A DNA stretch of 64,000 nucleotides from Hormiphora californensis (lineage: Eukaryota > Animalia > Ctenophora), in assembly GCA_020137815.1 (NCBI GenBank), contig CM035359.1:5766001-5830000 (forward strand). The letters are read 5' to 3'. Positions 1 through 24,213 of this stretch are shown here, one piece after another; position 1 is the stretch's first letter, and every line of letters starts with the position of its first letter. Position numbers and translations under genes: made by a program. The notes under the pieces are model-generated. The model searched no databases, was not told the origin of the DNA, and was given only the letters and a program-made list of their open reading frames with translations.

Positions 1-840
1 ACCTCGTGCAACAACTAAACTACAATCTACTGAACCACCCCGTGCAACTACTAAACTACAAACTACTCAACCACCTCGTGCAACTACTAAACTACAAACT
101 ACTCAACCACCTCGTGCAACAACTAAACTACAAACTACTCAACCACCTCGTGCAACAACTAAACTACAGACTACTAAACCACCTCGTGCAACAACTAAAC
201 TACAGACTACTCAACCACCTCGTGCAACTACTAAACTACAATCTACTGAACCACCCCGTGCAACTACTAAACTACAAACTACTCAACCACCTCGTGCAAC
301 TACTAAACTACAAACTACTCAACCACCTCGTGCAACTACTAAACTACAAACTACCCAACCACCCCGTGCAACTACTAAACTACAAACTACTCAACCACCT
401 CGTGCAACTACTAAACTACAAACTACTCAACCACCCCGTGCAACTACTAAACTACAAACTACTCAACCACCCCGTGCAACAACTAAACTACAAACTACTC
501 AACCACCCCGTGCAACAACTAAACTACAAACTACTCAACCATCTCGTGCAACTACTAAACTACAAACTACTCAACCACCTCGTGCAACTACTAAACTACA
601 AACTACTCAACCACCTCGTGCAACTACTAAACTACAGACTACTAAACCACCTCGTGCAACTACTAAACTACAAACTACTCAACCACCTCGTGCAACTACT
701 AAACTACAAACTACTCAACCACCTCGTGCAACTACTAAACTACAAACTACTCAACCACCTCGTGCAACAACTAAACTACAGACTACTAAACCACCTCGTG
801 CAACTACTAAACTACAAACTACTAAACCACTCCGTGCAAC
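1..840 (+). repeat. 36-bp coding minisatellite (~23 copies)
   Basis: Unit ccacctcgtgcaactactaaactacaaactactcaa repeated head-to-tail with point variants and no spacers. Confidence 0.95.
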
Positions 841-1684
841 AAATACTCGACAACAGACAAGCGAGCAATTGGTTACAAATCACCCTAACACTAAACCACT
901 GACTGACGACCCAAACACTAAACCACTGACTGACGAGCAATTGGTTACAAATCATCCTAACACTAAACCGCTAACTGACGACCCAAACACTAAACCACTG
1001 ACTGACGAGCAACTGATTACAAATCATCCTTTGACACGAGGACAAGGTAACGGTATCCAAACAACTAACGAGCAACTGATCACAAAACATCCTTTTACAC
1101 GGGGAGAAGGTAACGATATCCAAACAACCTCCGGCATCCCATCAACATCCGAGAACAATATACCACGTTTACCACAAAACAATGGCTTTGGTTATGGTTA
1201 TGGTTATGGAAAGTACGGTGCATACTACTATCATCGTCGACACGGGTTAAGTGGCAGAGAAGGTCCCATGGGATATTTGGCAGGTCCCACGGGTTAATTG
1301 GGAGAAGGTTCCATCTCCCTCTCAGGATGCAATCTGGTGAAAGATATGTTCCGGTTCATACCAGAAAATACAACCACCTACAACCGGGTCGTTACTATGG
1401 TGACATTTTGCTACTGCCTGTATATCCCAGTTGTTAACGAAGACAAATTAATTACAAACAATGTCCGTCAATCGAATGAGATCTTCAGTTATCCTACGTC
1501 CTCACCCGAAGCTGCAGATTGTGTGTGTCAGGTATTCGCTAGTATTTGTAAGGATGGGTTTAGATGGTACACGTACGACAGCGGGAAACAGTCATGCGCA
1601 AGTCGCTGTAAGATGATGGCATGGCGAGAAAAATGTCCGTTTAGCAGAGGCAAGGACAAGACGTTGAGCACTCTGAGGGGTTAG
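2..1684 (+). CDS. Mucin-like Thr/Pro-rich repeat protein with Gly/Tyr segment and Cys-rich C-terminal region (5'-partial, probably spliced)
   Basis: Frame +2 is open from 2 to 1297 and reads (PPRATTKLQTTQ)n, then EQLVTNHPNTKPLTDD repeats, then GFGYGYGYGKYGAYYYHRRH. The same frame resumes at 1298-1684 with CVCQVFASICKDG...SCASRCKM...EKCPF. Candidate acceptors: ctccctctcag (~1325) and tatatcccag (~1430). Confidence 0.6.
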
Positions 1685-1835
1685 GTGTGTCTGTAAAATG
1701 ATTGTCAGTGTTTGTGATAAAGGATTGAGGAACTTACTCCTATTGGAGTAACGATGATGCGTGCCATACTCGCTGTCAGCTACTGAGTTGGCAAGACAGT
1801 TGTGTTTTCTAACTGTTGATAGTTGAGGAAGCATG

Positions 1836-1925
1836 GCCATGGTTTATGTTATCATGGTTTATGTTATCATGGTTGTTATCATGGTTGTTATCATGGTTGT
1901 TATCATGGTTGTTATCATGGTTGTT
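1836..1925. repeat. 12-bp tandem repeat (atcatggttgtt)n
   Basis: Directly visible, ~6-7 copies. Confidence 0.85.
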
Positions 1926-2337
1926 TTTTATTTATTGTTCAATTTGGACTCTTTTCCTAACTAAAATGCAATTGAAATCTGCCTCAAATACCAATATTCC
2001 AGCACATATATATGATCTCTCAGTTACCAGTGAGCAGTCTCACCGGCAATGCACATTAGTTTATGGCAGCATATTTAGTCAAACCTTCCTTCTCCCACCC
2101 CTCCACCCCATCCGCCTCTCCCACCCTGGCCCGTGCCAAAGTAGAGGACTTTCTGAAACAGGCCACTATAAAGACAACCCTTGTGTTTTGATGCACTCAG
2201 TTTGGGAGTCACAGCGTTACACCGCTCAAAGAGCTCGTTATAGAACGTCGGCTTAGTATCACCAACCAACCAACCTAATTCAGTCAAGAGACAAGAGAGA
2301 GGGGGAGGGCTTGTGAATCGGTTCTTGTTAAACTCAC

Positions 2338-13524
<11,187 letters not shown>

Positions 13525-13763
13525 GGTTCAAGCCATTCAAGTCAACATGGCAGCCTATAAACACTTGTTATCTTATAATTTATAAAAGCGGGAAAATGAA
13601 AGCTAATGTTGTTTAATGGGTAATTTTATGATCTGAAATTTTAAAACTATAAATACAATAATATTTTAACAGCAATTAATTAAACAGTATATTTTTCCCT
13701 CAAAACTGAACAAATAAAATATATGAATTTAAATGAATCTAAATGAATTTTAAAATCTGATGA

Positions 13764-14278
13764 TTACTGAACAACGGTGGCAGTGAATTTCCCGGAAAGG
13801 AGTGATCCTATTACACTTAAAATCAACTGAACATCTATGCCCCTTGGTAACACAAACAGTCCCGTTCCTTCACTGTGATTGACAGTGTACGCGAGGGCTG
13901 GTGTTGCTTTCACCGCAGCACATATCGCATTTGAGCATCTGAGTGAGGATAGATTTTTTTAAATGTGAAGCAAAATACAAAAAACTACAGAATTACTAGT
14001 TAGGCATTAGAACACTTGTTAGGCATTGGTGTCGAGAGGTTTAAAAAGGTTCCAAACCTAAAACAAGTCATTCCAGTGATGGACAATGAGTGTAGAACGC
14101 CCGAATTACAGTCAAGTTTCTCTCCTACTGAGGAAGTGAAGTTTCCAGCAGATACAACTCGAACAACACGGTCCTCTGCATGTACAAACTTTGTTTCACT
14201 GTGGTTTTCGGCTGCTTCTTGAATTTGCAGGGCATCACATGCGTCGCTTGTGAGGTAAGAGTATACTGAAACTTCCAT
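13764..14278 (-). CDS. Small soluble single-HMA (GMTCxxC) protein, 131 aa, copper-chaperone-like; paralogous to the ATP7 N-terminus
   Basis: Exons 14278-14058 and 13938-13764 (GT-AG intron; total 396 nt) give MEVSVYSY...GVLHSLSITGMTCFRCSNAICAAVKATPALAYTVNHSEGTGLFVLPRGIDVQLILSVIGSLLSGKFTATVVQ-TAA, followed by an AT-rich tract. Confidence 0.75.
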
Positions 14279-14667
14279 CCTAACAAATAAAACGTAACTA
14301 AGTTAAAAAATGAGATAGGAACAGTCGGAAAATAGCGCATCAGAAGTTTCCGAAACTCGAAAGTCAAAACTGAAAAGTCAAAAATCTCTGGAAAGTCAAA
14401 AAAGGAAAACGTTAAAATCTGGGTGCCTTTCATTGCTAACAATTGGTAGTTTTGGCGCGCGCGACGGGTTAGGGCTATCCGTTAGGGTCTGGTTAGGGTT
14501 TGGTTTGGGGTTATCGGTTAGGGCTATCGATTCTCTAACTGATACCGTTTAGTTTACTCAAATCGGCCATGTGGTTCCATGGCTATAGCCGTTTGAAAAA
14601 AGTCGGTCTAAGTATACTCTTTTGGTAGCGCGCACCTGTAAACAGGCTGCAAGGCACCAAGATTATA

Positions 14668-16230
14668 CAGGGTGTCCCATATATTCTGTGGGTCGGTTGG
14701 CGAGCTGTCACGCAAAAACGGTGATAGTTGTGTGAAAACAGACTACGGGAGTGTGCTGGATTAATTCCTTCCTAACTGATGGCTTTGTTTTGAAATTAAA
14801 TTTCAAAAGTTCATTTTTCATGAATGAACATTCCTGTCATTCATTCGTGAATTCTGAAATATTGTTTACCTTGAGTAAAAAACTTTTCTTTGGCTCGAAA
14901 TTATCTTTCCAATGAGCACCATAAAAATCAAATTGAAGCACCGGGTCGCATGGCAGGTGAGAAAATGCAAATGCATGATTTTGGCCATTCCTGCGACTTT
15001 CAATCAGCTGTATCACCGCTACTTTTTGTTCAATCCTTTTAAAAGTTTGGGTGAACATCGGTGAAGATAAGATCTTTGCTCACAAGAAAAATCAAGGTCA
15101 AAACTCAAAGTTCATTTTTCATTTTTGGTAGTTCATTCCACTCATTCAGGAACAAACATCCCTAAAGTGACGAAAAGGTTTGGGTTTTGTTTGGCCCATG
15201 TCCTGAAACGACAGAGAGGTGTAAAAACGTGTTTCCGGGCTAGTTAGTGGGTGTCCATGTGATCATTATGATATCTGACATCTTTGCTGAGCCATAATTA
15301 AGAGATTTTCTCAAATCAAACATGGGATACGAGTATTCTGCGATTGGTATCGTGCACCAATAACAAGAGATACCATAGCACCTCAGAAATTATGATTAGC
15401 TAAATGAAATGAGTTGATTCACGCTTGAAAATGTTCGTTTAGTCCGACTTTACATTGGTTTTAATCTTTTCAATCGTAAATCAACTCATCTCATTTAGCT
15501 AATCATAATTTTTGAGGTGCTATGGGATCTCTTGTTATTGGTGCACGATAGCAATCGCAGAATACTCGTATCCCATGTTTGAATTTGAGAAAATCTCTTA
15601 ATTATGGCTCAGCAAAGGTGTCAGATATCATAATGATCACATGGACACCCACTAACTAGCCCAGAAACACTTTTTTACACCTCTCTGTCGTTTCAGGACA
15701 TGGGCCAAACAAAACCCAAACCTTTTCGTCACTTTAGGGATGTTTGTTCCTGAATGAGTGGAATGAACTACCAAAAATGAAAAATGAACTTTGAGTTTTG
15801 ACCTTGATTTTTCTTGTGAGCAAAGATCTTATCTTCACCGATGTTCACCCAAACTTTTAAAAGGATTAAACAAAAAGTAGCGGTGATACAGCTGATTGAA
15901 AGTCGCAGGAATGGCCAAAATCATGCATTTGCATTTTCTCACCTGCCATGCGACCCGGTGCTTCAATTTGATTTTATGGTGCTCATTGGAAAGATAATTT
16001 CGAGCCAAAGAAAAGTTTTTTACTCAAGGTAAACAATATTTCAGAATTCACGAATGAATGACAGGAATGTCCATTCATGAAAAATGAACTTTTGAAATTT
16101 AATTTCAAAACAAAGCCATCAGTTAGGAAGGAATTAATCCAGCACACTCCCGTAGTCTGTTTTCACACAACTATCACCGTTTTTGCGTGACAGCTCGCCA
16201 ACCGACCCACAGAATATATGGGACACCCTG
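14668..16230. mobile_element. 1.56-kb foldback/non-autonomous Tc1-mariner-type element with ~750-bp TIRs
   Basis: Ends cagggtgtcccatatattctg...cagaatatatgggacaccctg with TA on both sides. The arms are near-identical (mirror ORFs 14837-15058 and 15841-16032). Short spacer at ~15432-15467; no transposase. Confidence 0.9.
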
Positions 16231-17626
16231 TATAAAAAACAAAAATTAAGCTTTTTGCAATTTTGAAATTATATCGCGCGGCGTCAGACGGCAACGCGCG
16301 CCACGTTCAGTCAGTGAGCGCGTATATTATTTGCGCGCAAATTTTGTACCTTCAGTCAGATGACATTGAAACATCACTTAAATCATAGCATTCATATCAA
16401 ACCTAGACACATTTCATATTTAATACCGATGTATCACCCCAAAACTAGAAAAAGGTAAAATGAACCATTCCCAGCAGCCCATTTGGCCTTGTCAGCGCCT
16501 GCAGACCCCGACTCAGCTCCAATGACTCGTGCGCGTTGACGCGCGTTCCGCCAAAAATGCTTCTGCTTCACTTTCCTCAACCTGATGTCTCCGCGCCCGC
16601 CGCTTATAAAACCTGGAGAGTGGTCCAGAAATAGCTGTGTGGGACATGGGACGCGTTGGGTGGCTAAGTGGCAGGAACGCGTTTTATCGTCGTAACTCGT
16701 TGTCAGGGGGGTCTGAATTTTCTATTCAGTCTCAGTTGTCATGACAATATGAGAGTTCCTTTTACTTCTTGGGAAGTAGAATTGGGTATGATAGGGAGCA
16801 TGTTGTCATAGTACCTACTGGCCAGTGATTTCCCATTCTCAAGCACTCAGAGCAATCATAAATTATCACTCCCCTAAATAGTTTCATCCTCATTTCTCAC
16901 GAATTACAACATCATCCTTATACTTTCTACGGACCGCTAGAGAAACAACACCTAAATTTAACAGGGCCGCTCCACCCCTAAATACACACATAAGGTACAC
17001 ACACGACACACGTGTTAACTCTTGAACGTACTTCCGTGACAAATTTATTCACCCCTGGACCCCTCTTCTTCTTCTCCCTCTCTTTAAATTCACGTGCCTG
17101 TTGTTTGACACCGCCTCCGGCACTAGTAGTTTAGGAGGGTGCTAACCGTTCATTTTCGCGCCTTGACCTTTTTCCTTCCTGAGACTCTCTGGGAGAAAGG
17201 GAGAGAGAGGAGCTAGTATAGGATACATGGAAAATTCAAAAGTGGGTAAGAAAAGTATAAATTTTAACTTGAGCTGGCTGCAAATGTGTGTAGAAGTTTC
17301 CTAATTACACTCTCATTTTCTGGTGACAGCCGCATGACACATTGGGACATCAGTGCCCAATTTCGCCCAAATGGGGGGAGAAGGGTAAATTATGGCACCT
17401 TTCAACACTGCTAATACACCACTCAGTACCTTGCTAGAGTATCTCCGGCCCTATTAGCCACCCATGGGGGTACCACTATGTGCTTGCAGTAAGAAGTATT
17501 GGTAGTAGGTTGTACTTTGGTATGTAGATACTTATCTGGGTATTCAACAGCTTTGCATGCAGTTTTTTCCTATCTCTGAATTTCTGATTAGGTATCCGGG
17601 ATCCAGGGGGCTTTAGAAAAACAGTG

Positions 17627-17697
<71 letters not shown>

Positions 17698-18516
17698 GAG
17701 AGAGGTGTAAAATATGTGCAGTCACGTGATATATTTAGCTCAACTCAGTTCAGTGACAGCCAATTTACCTAAATCTGACAGAGAAAGCAGCAGATAGAAG
17801 CTGTGTATTCTCGTATGTCAAGAGGAAATAGATCTCCACATATTTCCGGGGAAGCCAGGTAGCGTGTAATGGGAAATTATAATGCCAATGGCAGTTTAAA
17901 AAAATCGGAGACCATCTTCTAGTCGAGGGAAACACTTCAAAAACTTGTGTGTGTGGCCCTAATTTAACTGCTTTTCCACGAGAATTAACATGGGAGCTGG
18001 GATAGTTTAGTGTTGAAGGGGGGATAGTAAATTAGTATAGGCTGCCTGGTGAGGAAAGAATTAGAGGGTGGTACCCAGTGGGGCGAGGAGTTTACCAGTC
18101 GTGATGTATCGCTCTTCAACTCTTGATTTAAATTCTCAATTGATGAAGATAAATTTACGATCTCCTCTTTCAAAGATTTATCAGGGGAGAGACCTCCAAA
18201 ACCCGCCCATTTTCTATTTTCTTACCAATGTCCAACACCGTTTCTCTCACCGGCTAGTGAGAGAGTCCTATTTACCACACACACACGGAGCAGGCCGTGA
18301 TGATCAGAGCAGACACGATAAGACTTCTTTTATTCCCCCTCCCTCCGCCTCTATTCATACCCTCCCTCTCTATTCATGTCCTATGTTGTTCTCCCGCCGT
18401 TCCGCTCCCGCCAAAATTCCCATCCCCTTCATCATACACCGATGACAGGAGTCACACCGGGGGGGGTCACACAGCGGCGGAAACCATCTAGAACACTGTG
18501 GTCTAGTGAAACCATC

Positions 18517-18555
<39 letters not shown>

Positions 18556-18878
18556 CCATATGCCATGTGAGTTAACAATGGTACATAGAATCATGGTACC
18601 TTACAGTGGAGCCGATGTTAAAAAGTATGTTGCAGAATGTAGGGCGGCTGACCTCATAACGGGCCGTCAAAGTGAAAAAGTATAATTCATCATAAAATGA
18701 GTGGTTAGAATTAAGTTTTGCACAAATTGAGTAAGAATCATAACTTTACATGGTTGTAAAGTATGGATTTCTTAAACTTTGCGGATATTTCTTTAGCCAG
18801 ATTCAGTCTTTCCTCGACATGACCTGCAACCTTTACTGACAGGTTGTTCACGTTGACAGATATTTCATATCACCTTCC

Positions 18879-18954
<76 letters not shown>

Positions 18955-20524
18955 AGATATATAGATCGATAGAGATAGAGCATATCGATCGACTCTGGCT
19001 TACGCGCTCGCTAGATCTAGATCATCTTCCCAAATCGGCAAATGATAGATAGATATGATGTTGATAACGATCTATGGATTCATTACTTGTCACCCGGTCT
19101 ATCAGTTTATCTTCCCCTTGATCATGCACGAGTCCCACTTCGACACCATCCACCGCACCCCCTCTCTCGCTCTATCACTCTATCACTCTATCTCCACTTG
19201 TATATCGACATGTATATACCGACTTCTAGAAACTATAGAGACTGAGAGAGGATTGTGCCATGATTTAAAACGTTTTTAAACATAAATCTCATCGATACTA
19301 TGAAGTTTTATACTTTATAGTTCTATCCCCATAATTGATTGTCGGTGAGCCGATGACTCTTAAAGGAGAACCAGGGATCTTTTATGGCGACAGCAGGTGA
19401 TTCTTCTTCCTCATCCTTCTGATAAAGGGTGGAATTTTAAAAGGCCAGCCATTCAAAAGAAGAAGGGGGTTGATGGGATGAAATTTAGCATGGTATAATT
19501 TGTATCATCTCCCGGGGATTGAGGGGGGGGGGTCACCGCTCACCGCAGAACATTCGTTTATTTGGAAATATTCAGAGGCCAGGTTCGGTTCCCCGATTCC
19601 GAAAAATATCTTTTCTTTGAACCTTGGAAGATGGTAATGAGATGGTAGAGTGAGAGCTAGACCAATTCAGCTCTGCACACCTGTTTTCACCAACATATTG
19701 TGACATATTTGTGGGGATAGCAAGCATGAATTTGCAAACATTTTACTCTCTCACACTCTCTCACTCTCAGTCTCCCTCTTTCTCTCTCTATCTGCATCAA
19801 GCAGAAGTTGACAGATACCCAGCACCCCACCTTTCACATCAGTCAACAAACACCGCAATTCTCTCTGGACGTGTGCCGGACTACCCCGAGGGCCACAAGC
19901 ACACGACGTCTAATATGATAGAGAGAGAGATAGTGAGAGAGGGAGGGGGAGATAGAACCGTGAGGGAGAGAGGGAGAGAGGGAGTGAGAGAGAGAGAGAG
20001 ACGGAGATAGAAACGAGAAGATGTATCACGTGACTGGAAACGTGTGCGGTGGAAAGTTCCGATTATCGAGAGAGTAATTGGTGATGGATATCTCGGATAA
20101 AGATGACAAAGAGAGAGAGGAAGATTGAAGAAACACAGAGATAGATAGAGGGAGAGGAAGGGCGCGTACGAGAACGACCCTTGGGGTTCCCAAAACCTCC
20201 ACCACAAAGCTTGGTTTCCGGACTCAAGATCTAAAACCTTCTTACCACAGCTATTTGACCCAATTAGTGTTCAAGCTGGCCCTTGTTAGAAGAAGAGCTC
20301 TATGAGGCAAGAGCACAACCACAGCTGTTATTGTATAGCACAGATATATGGTCCGCGATATGTTCCAACACCCCGGTCCCCCAGTCCCCCTCTTTTTCTC
20401 ACATCACCTCTGCACAGGGACTCTGCACAGGGACTTTAAACAATGATCAATTTCAACCCCGGGACTGGGATTGGAGGGAAATTCAAACGGGTGCTGGCAG
20501 TTCGCCTACTTGATCCAGGGAGGG

Positions 20525-20578
<54 letters not shown>

Positions 20579-20741
20579 CTATAAGTGAGAAGGAGGAATA
20601 AAGGGTACATGGTATGATACGTGAGGCATGCAATGAGCCAGATTAAACGGTTCATTCCATCATGCAATAAAACAAATGAAACCTCCTCCACCCACGATCC
20701 TTTAAACTGTCTCCCGCCGCATCTCACTTTCATTCTCTCTA

Positions 20742-20801
<60 letters not shown>

Positions 20802-21359
20802 TCTATCTTTCTCTCTCTCTTCCTATGTCGGATCATGTCTCTCTCTCTATCATTCTTGTTCATATCCTCCAAGGCAAACATAACCCAAGCTTTATAGCGA
20901 CTGCAATTCCCACAGACGTTTATCTGAATAGGTATTTCTAATTTCATCTCCAAGGAAATTTCTTTGATCTCATACCATGGCTGCATGACACCTCATACCA
21001 GACCGACTGATAATAAGTGGACATTCGACTACTCATTTCCATAATTCATAACTGGCTCGTTGGACTTCCTATACTCAGTAGCTGGCACGACATCATTTTC
21101 CTACTACTACTATAAATGGGCTCATGACAATGTATCTGGTATCAGCAGGGTCTAAACTTTGGTGGCAGTTGGTACGTGGTATTCCATTTCACTTCCACTG
21201 CCAGTACCTACCGCGGAGCCTGCTAGGACTCGAGTAAATTCCATTTCAGTTCAGTGGCGGTAAATTCAAAACTCACTATTTTTAGTACGATCAGATTAGA
21301 AGCTCCCCTCTGCTGTCCTTGAAGTATTCTGGCGGGGGACCCTGGATGAAATGAAATGA

Positions 21360-21453
<94 letters not shown>

Positions 21454-24069
21454 GGAAAGAGAGAGAGAGACAGAGAGAGAGAGAGACAGAGAGAGAGACA
21501 GAGAGAGAGACAGAGAGAGAGACAGAGAGAGTACGGTATGTAACTGGGGGTTGGGTGGTCCGTTCATTCGACCCACGCGAGTAATTGATTAATGAGGAAC
21601 GATCTTTCATTTTCCCTCCATTTCTCTCCCATCTGAATCTTCTCTCTCCGGGAGAGTCTCATCCATCCTGATCCCGGCTATCTCAGTTCCAACCAAATGA
21701 AACTAATGAACCCATGGGTGTTAGGATGAATTTTTTCAAGTGAGGGGGGCGAAGTCACGTTACCATTACAGCGGTCGGCCAGAGCCCACAAAAATTTTTG
21801 TGAGCAAGATTAGTCACCTATTCTACTGTCATTTACCATACATCGGGCGGAGCGCAGCGGAGCCCAGAAAATTTTTAGGGTTTTTTAGCCGAAAAGTCAT
21901 TATTTCGTCGGCATTTGGGATTGTAGTTGTTGATTGTTGGTGACAGAAGTAGAAGGGCGAACCTGGCAAAAAGTGGGGGGGGGGGGGCGGCCCGCCCCGT
22001 CGCCCCCCCCCTATTCCTACAAAACCCTTCCGACAAACCCCTGAATGAACCCCTTCTTTATTGTCCCCAAGAGAATCTAACTGATAAGAATGTGAGCCCT
22101 GCTCCAGTTTCAATCCCTCCTCGTACAATCACACTTCTACCACCTGCTCCTCCTACCCCCAACTCCCAGGGGGATTAGGTGAAAGATTGTGCAGTTTAAT
22201 GATCTCCAACGGTCCATCTCACATGGTGAGGAGACGTGTGATAACAAATTATTTACCGAGTGTCTCTCTTGTTTTTCCTTTTATTTACTTTCTTTATCTA
22301 TGTTAATTTGTTTGAAAGTTGAGAGTGGTCCCCACCCCAATTAATGATTTCAATAATTAATTTTGCTGTGAAAACGGACAAGTGTGAAAGCTTGGGTTTC
22401 CACCAGACAGGGGCTGGCTCAGAATAATAAATCAGATAAGGAGATTAAGAGAGGAAAAATGGATTGGCGGGGGAGGAGGGGGGTTTTTTCCTTCCCCCTA
22501 CTCCATTAACTCCTTTTCCCCTCCTGTAAACTAGTACGTTCTATGTGACGTCAAAGGGAAAGGGGAGAGAGAGGAAGCGGAGGAGAAAGAGAGGGGAGAA
22601 GGAAAAGAGAAGAAGAAGGGGGGGTGGGGGGGAGAGATAAAAAGAGAGGACAAAAAAAAGAGGGAAACCCGAAAGGGGGGAAAAAGCTGGGGTGGGCCCC
22701 AAAAGGGGGGGGGCCCGGGGAAAAAAACCCCCCCCAAAGGGGGGAGAAAGAAGACAAAAGAAACGGGAAGAAAACCCCCAAAAGGGAAAAAGGGGGGGAA
22801 AAAAGGGGGGGGGGAAAAAAAAAAAAAAACCCGGGGGGAAAAAAACCCGGGGAAAAAAAAAGGGGCCCCCCCCCCCCCTTTTTTTTCCCCCCCCCCGGGG
22901 GGGGGGGGGAAAAAAAAGGGGGGGGGCCCCCCCTTTTCCCCCTCCCCCCTTTTCCCTTTCCCTTTTTTTGGGGCCTTTTAATGTTAAATTTTTTTTTAAA
23001 TTTTTTTCCCCCCCGGCCCCAAAAAAAAACCCCCCAAAACCCACCCCCAACCCCCCAAACCCCTTTTTTTTGGGGAAATTTTTTTTGGGGGGGGGTTTTT
23101 AAAAACCGGGGGGGTTTTTTTTGGGCCCGGGGGGGGGGGGGGCAATTTTAGAGAAATATTAAACATGTGTGCTCATAGACAAATTTTATACCTAATTCAT
23201 TGAAGCACGGGCCCCATAAAACTCCTTTTAAGTCTCCTGAAAATCCCCCCTTTTTTTGTACGTCGATCTAAAACGGAAAAAATGTTCTTGACCCCGCCCT
23301 GGGGAAAGTTTAGGGGGGTTTTTCAAAACTACAGTGATTTGTGGGCATTTCCCCCGTTGGGGCACTGGTCCCTCAGATCCTGACTCTCTCTTTTTCTTCT
23401 TTATCTCTCCCTTTGGGAATAAACCCCCCCCCATAGTTTAACTCCATTAAAAGGGGTTAAAACCCCCCCCTCTCCATTTTTTTTTTTTATAACCGGGGCC
23501 GGGGGGTCGGACCCCCTTTTCCCTTTTCCCCTCTTTTTATTTTCTCTCCCCTCTCTTTTTTAATCACCCCATTAATCCCAATCAAATTTTCAAAACAACC
23601 CCGGCCCAGTTGTTTGGTCCGTACAATTCAATATAGTGATCATGTTTCATTATATTTGAATGTTGATAAATAGAGGGCGTGGGGTACCTAAATAGAGGGG
23701 TAAATAGAGGGCGTGGAAGTATGTGGGGAGTGGGCCCCCCAAAATTAATGACTCAATCAGGGGGCCCTTTTTGAAATTTTTGGGGGTGTTTCCCTTTTTT
23801 GGGGGCGAGAATTTTGTGATAAACCCGAAGTTTCAGGTGAAAACCGAGTAATGAAACTGGGGGATAGAGATGTTTGAAGAAGCTAGAAAGGATGTTCGGT
23901 GGAAATGGGAAATATGAACTATGTAGCCGACCGACAGACTATCTTTGCCGGGAAATGTGCGGTTCAAATCTGCCGCCTCTCATGCAGAGACCACCACCTG
24001 GGGGGACTACACCAGTTGTACATAACACTTCATTCCGCATGCACCCCTTTCTATATGTTCACTGATCTG

Positions 24070-24107
<38 letters not shown>

Positions 24108-24126
24108 GTCTCTCTCTCTCTCTCTC

Positions 24127-24213
<87 letters not shown>

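Noticed and set aside
1-840. 36-bp repeats of CRISPR-like length
   Set aside because: The units are directly adjacent with no unique spacers, there are no cas genes and the context is eukaryotic; this is a coding minisatellite.
6-902. 298-aa NHLVQLLNYKLL ORF
   Set aside because: Alternative frame of the minisatellite. Frame +2 is open further and continuous with non-repeat coding sequence.
14467-14523. Degenerate TTAGGG-like words (also 60364-60418)
   Set aside because: Few, interrupted copies; not a telomeric array.
22460-23560. Several G/K/P/F-rich ORFs
   Set aside because: Composed of homopolymer runs typical of low-quality or unpolished sequence; not credible proteins.
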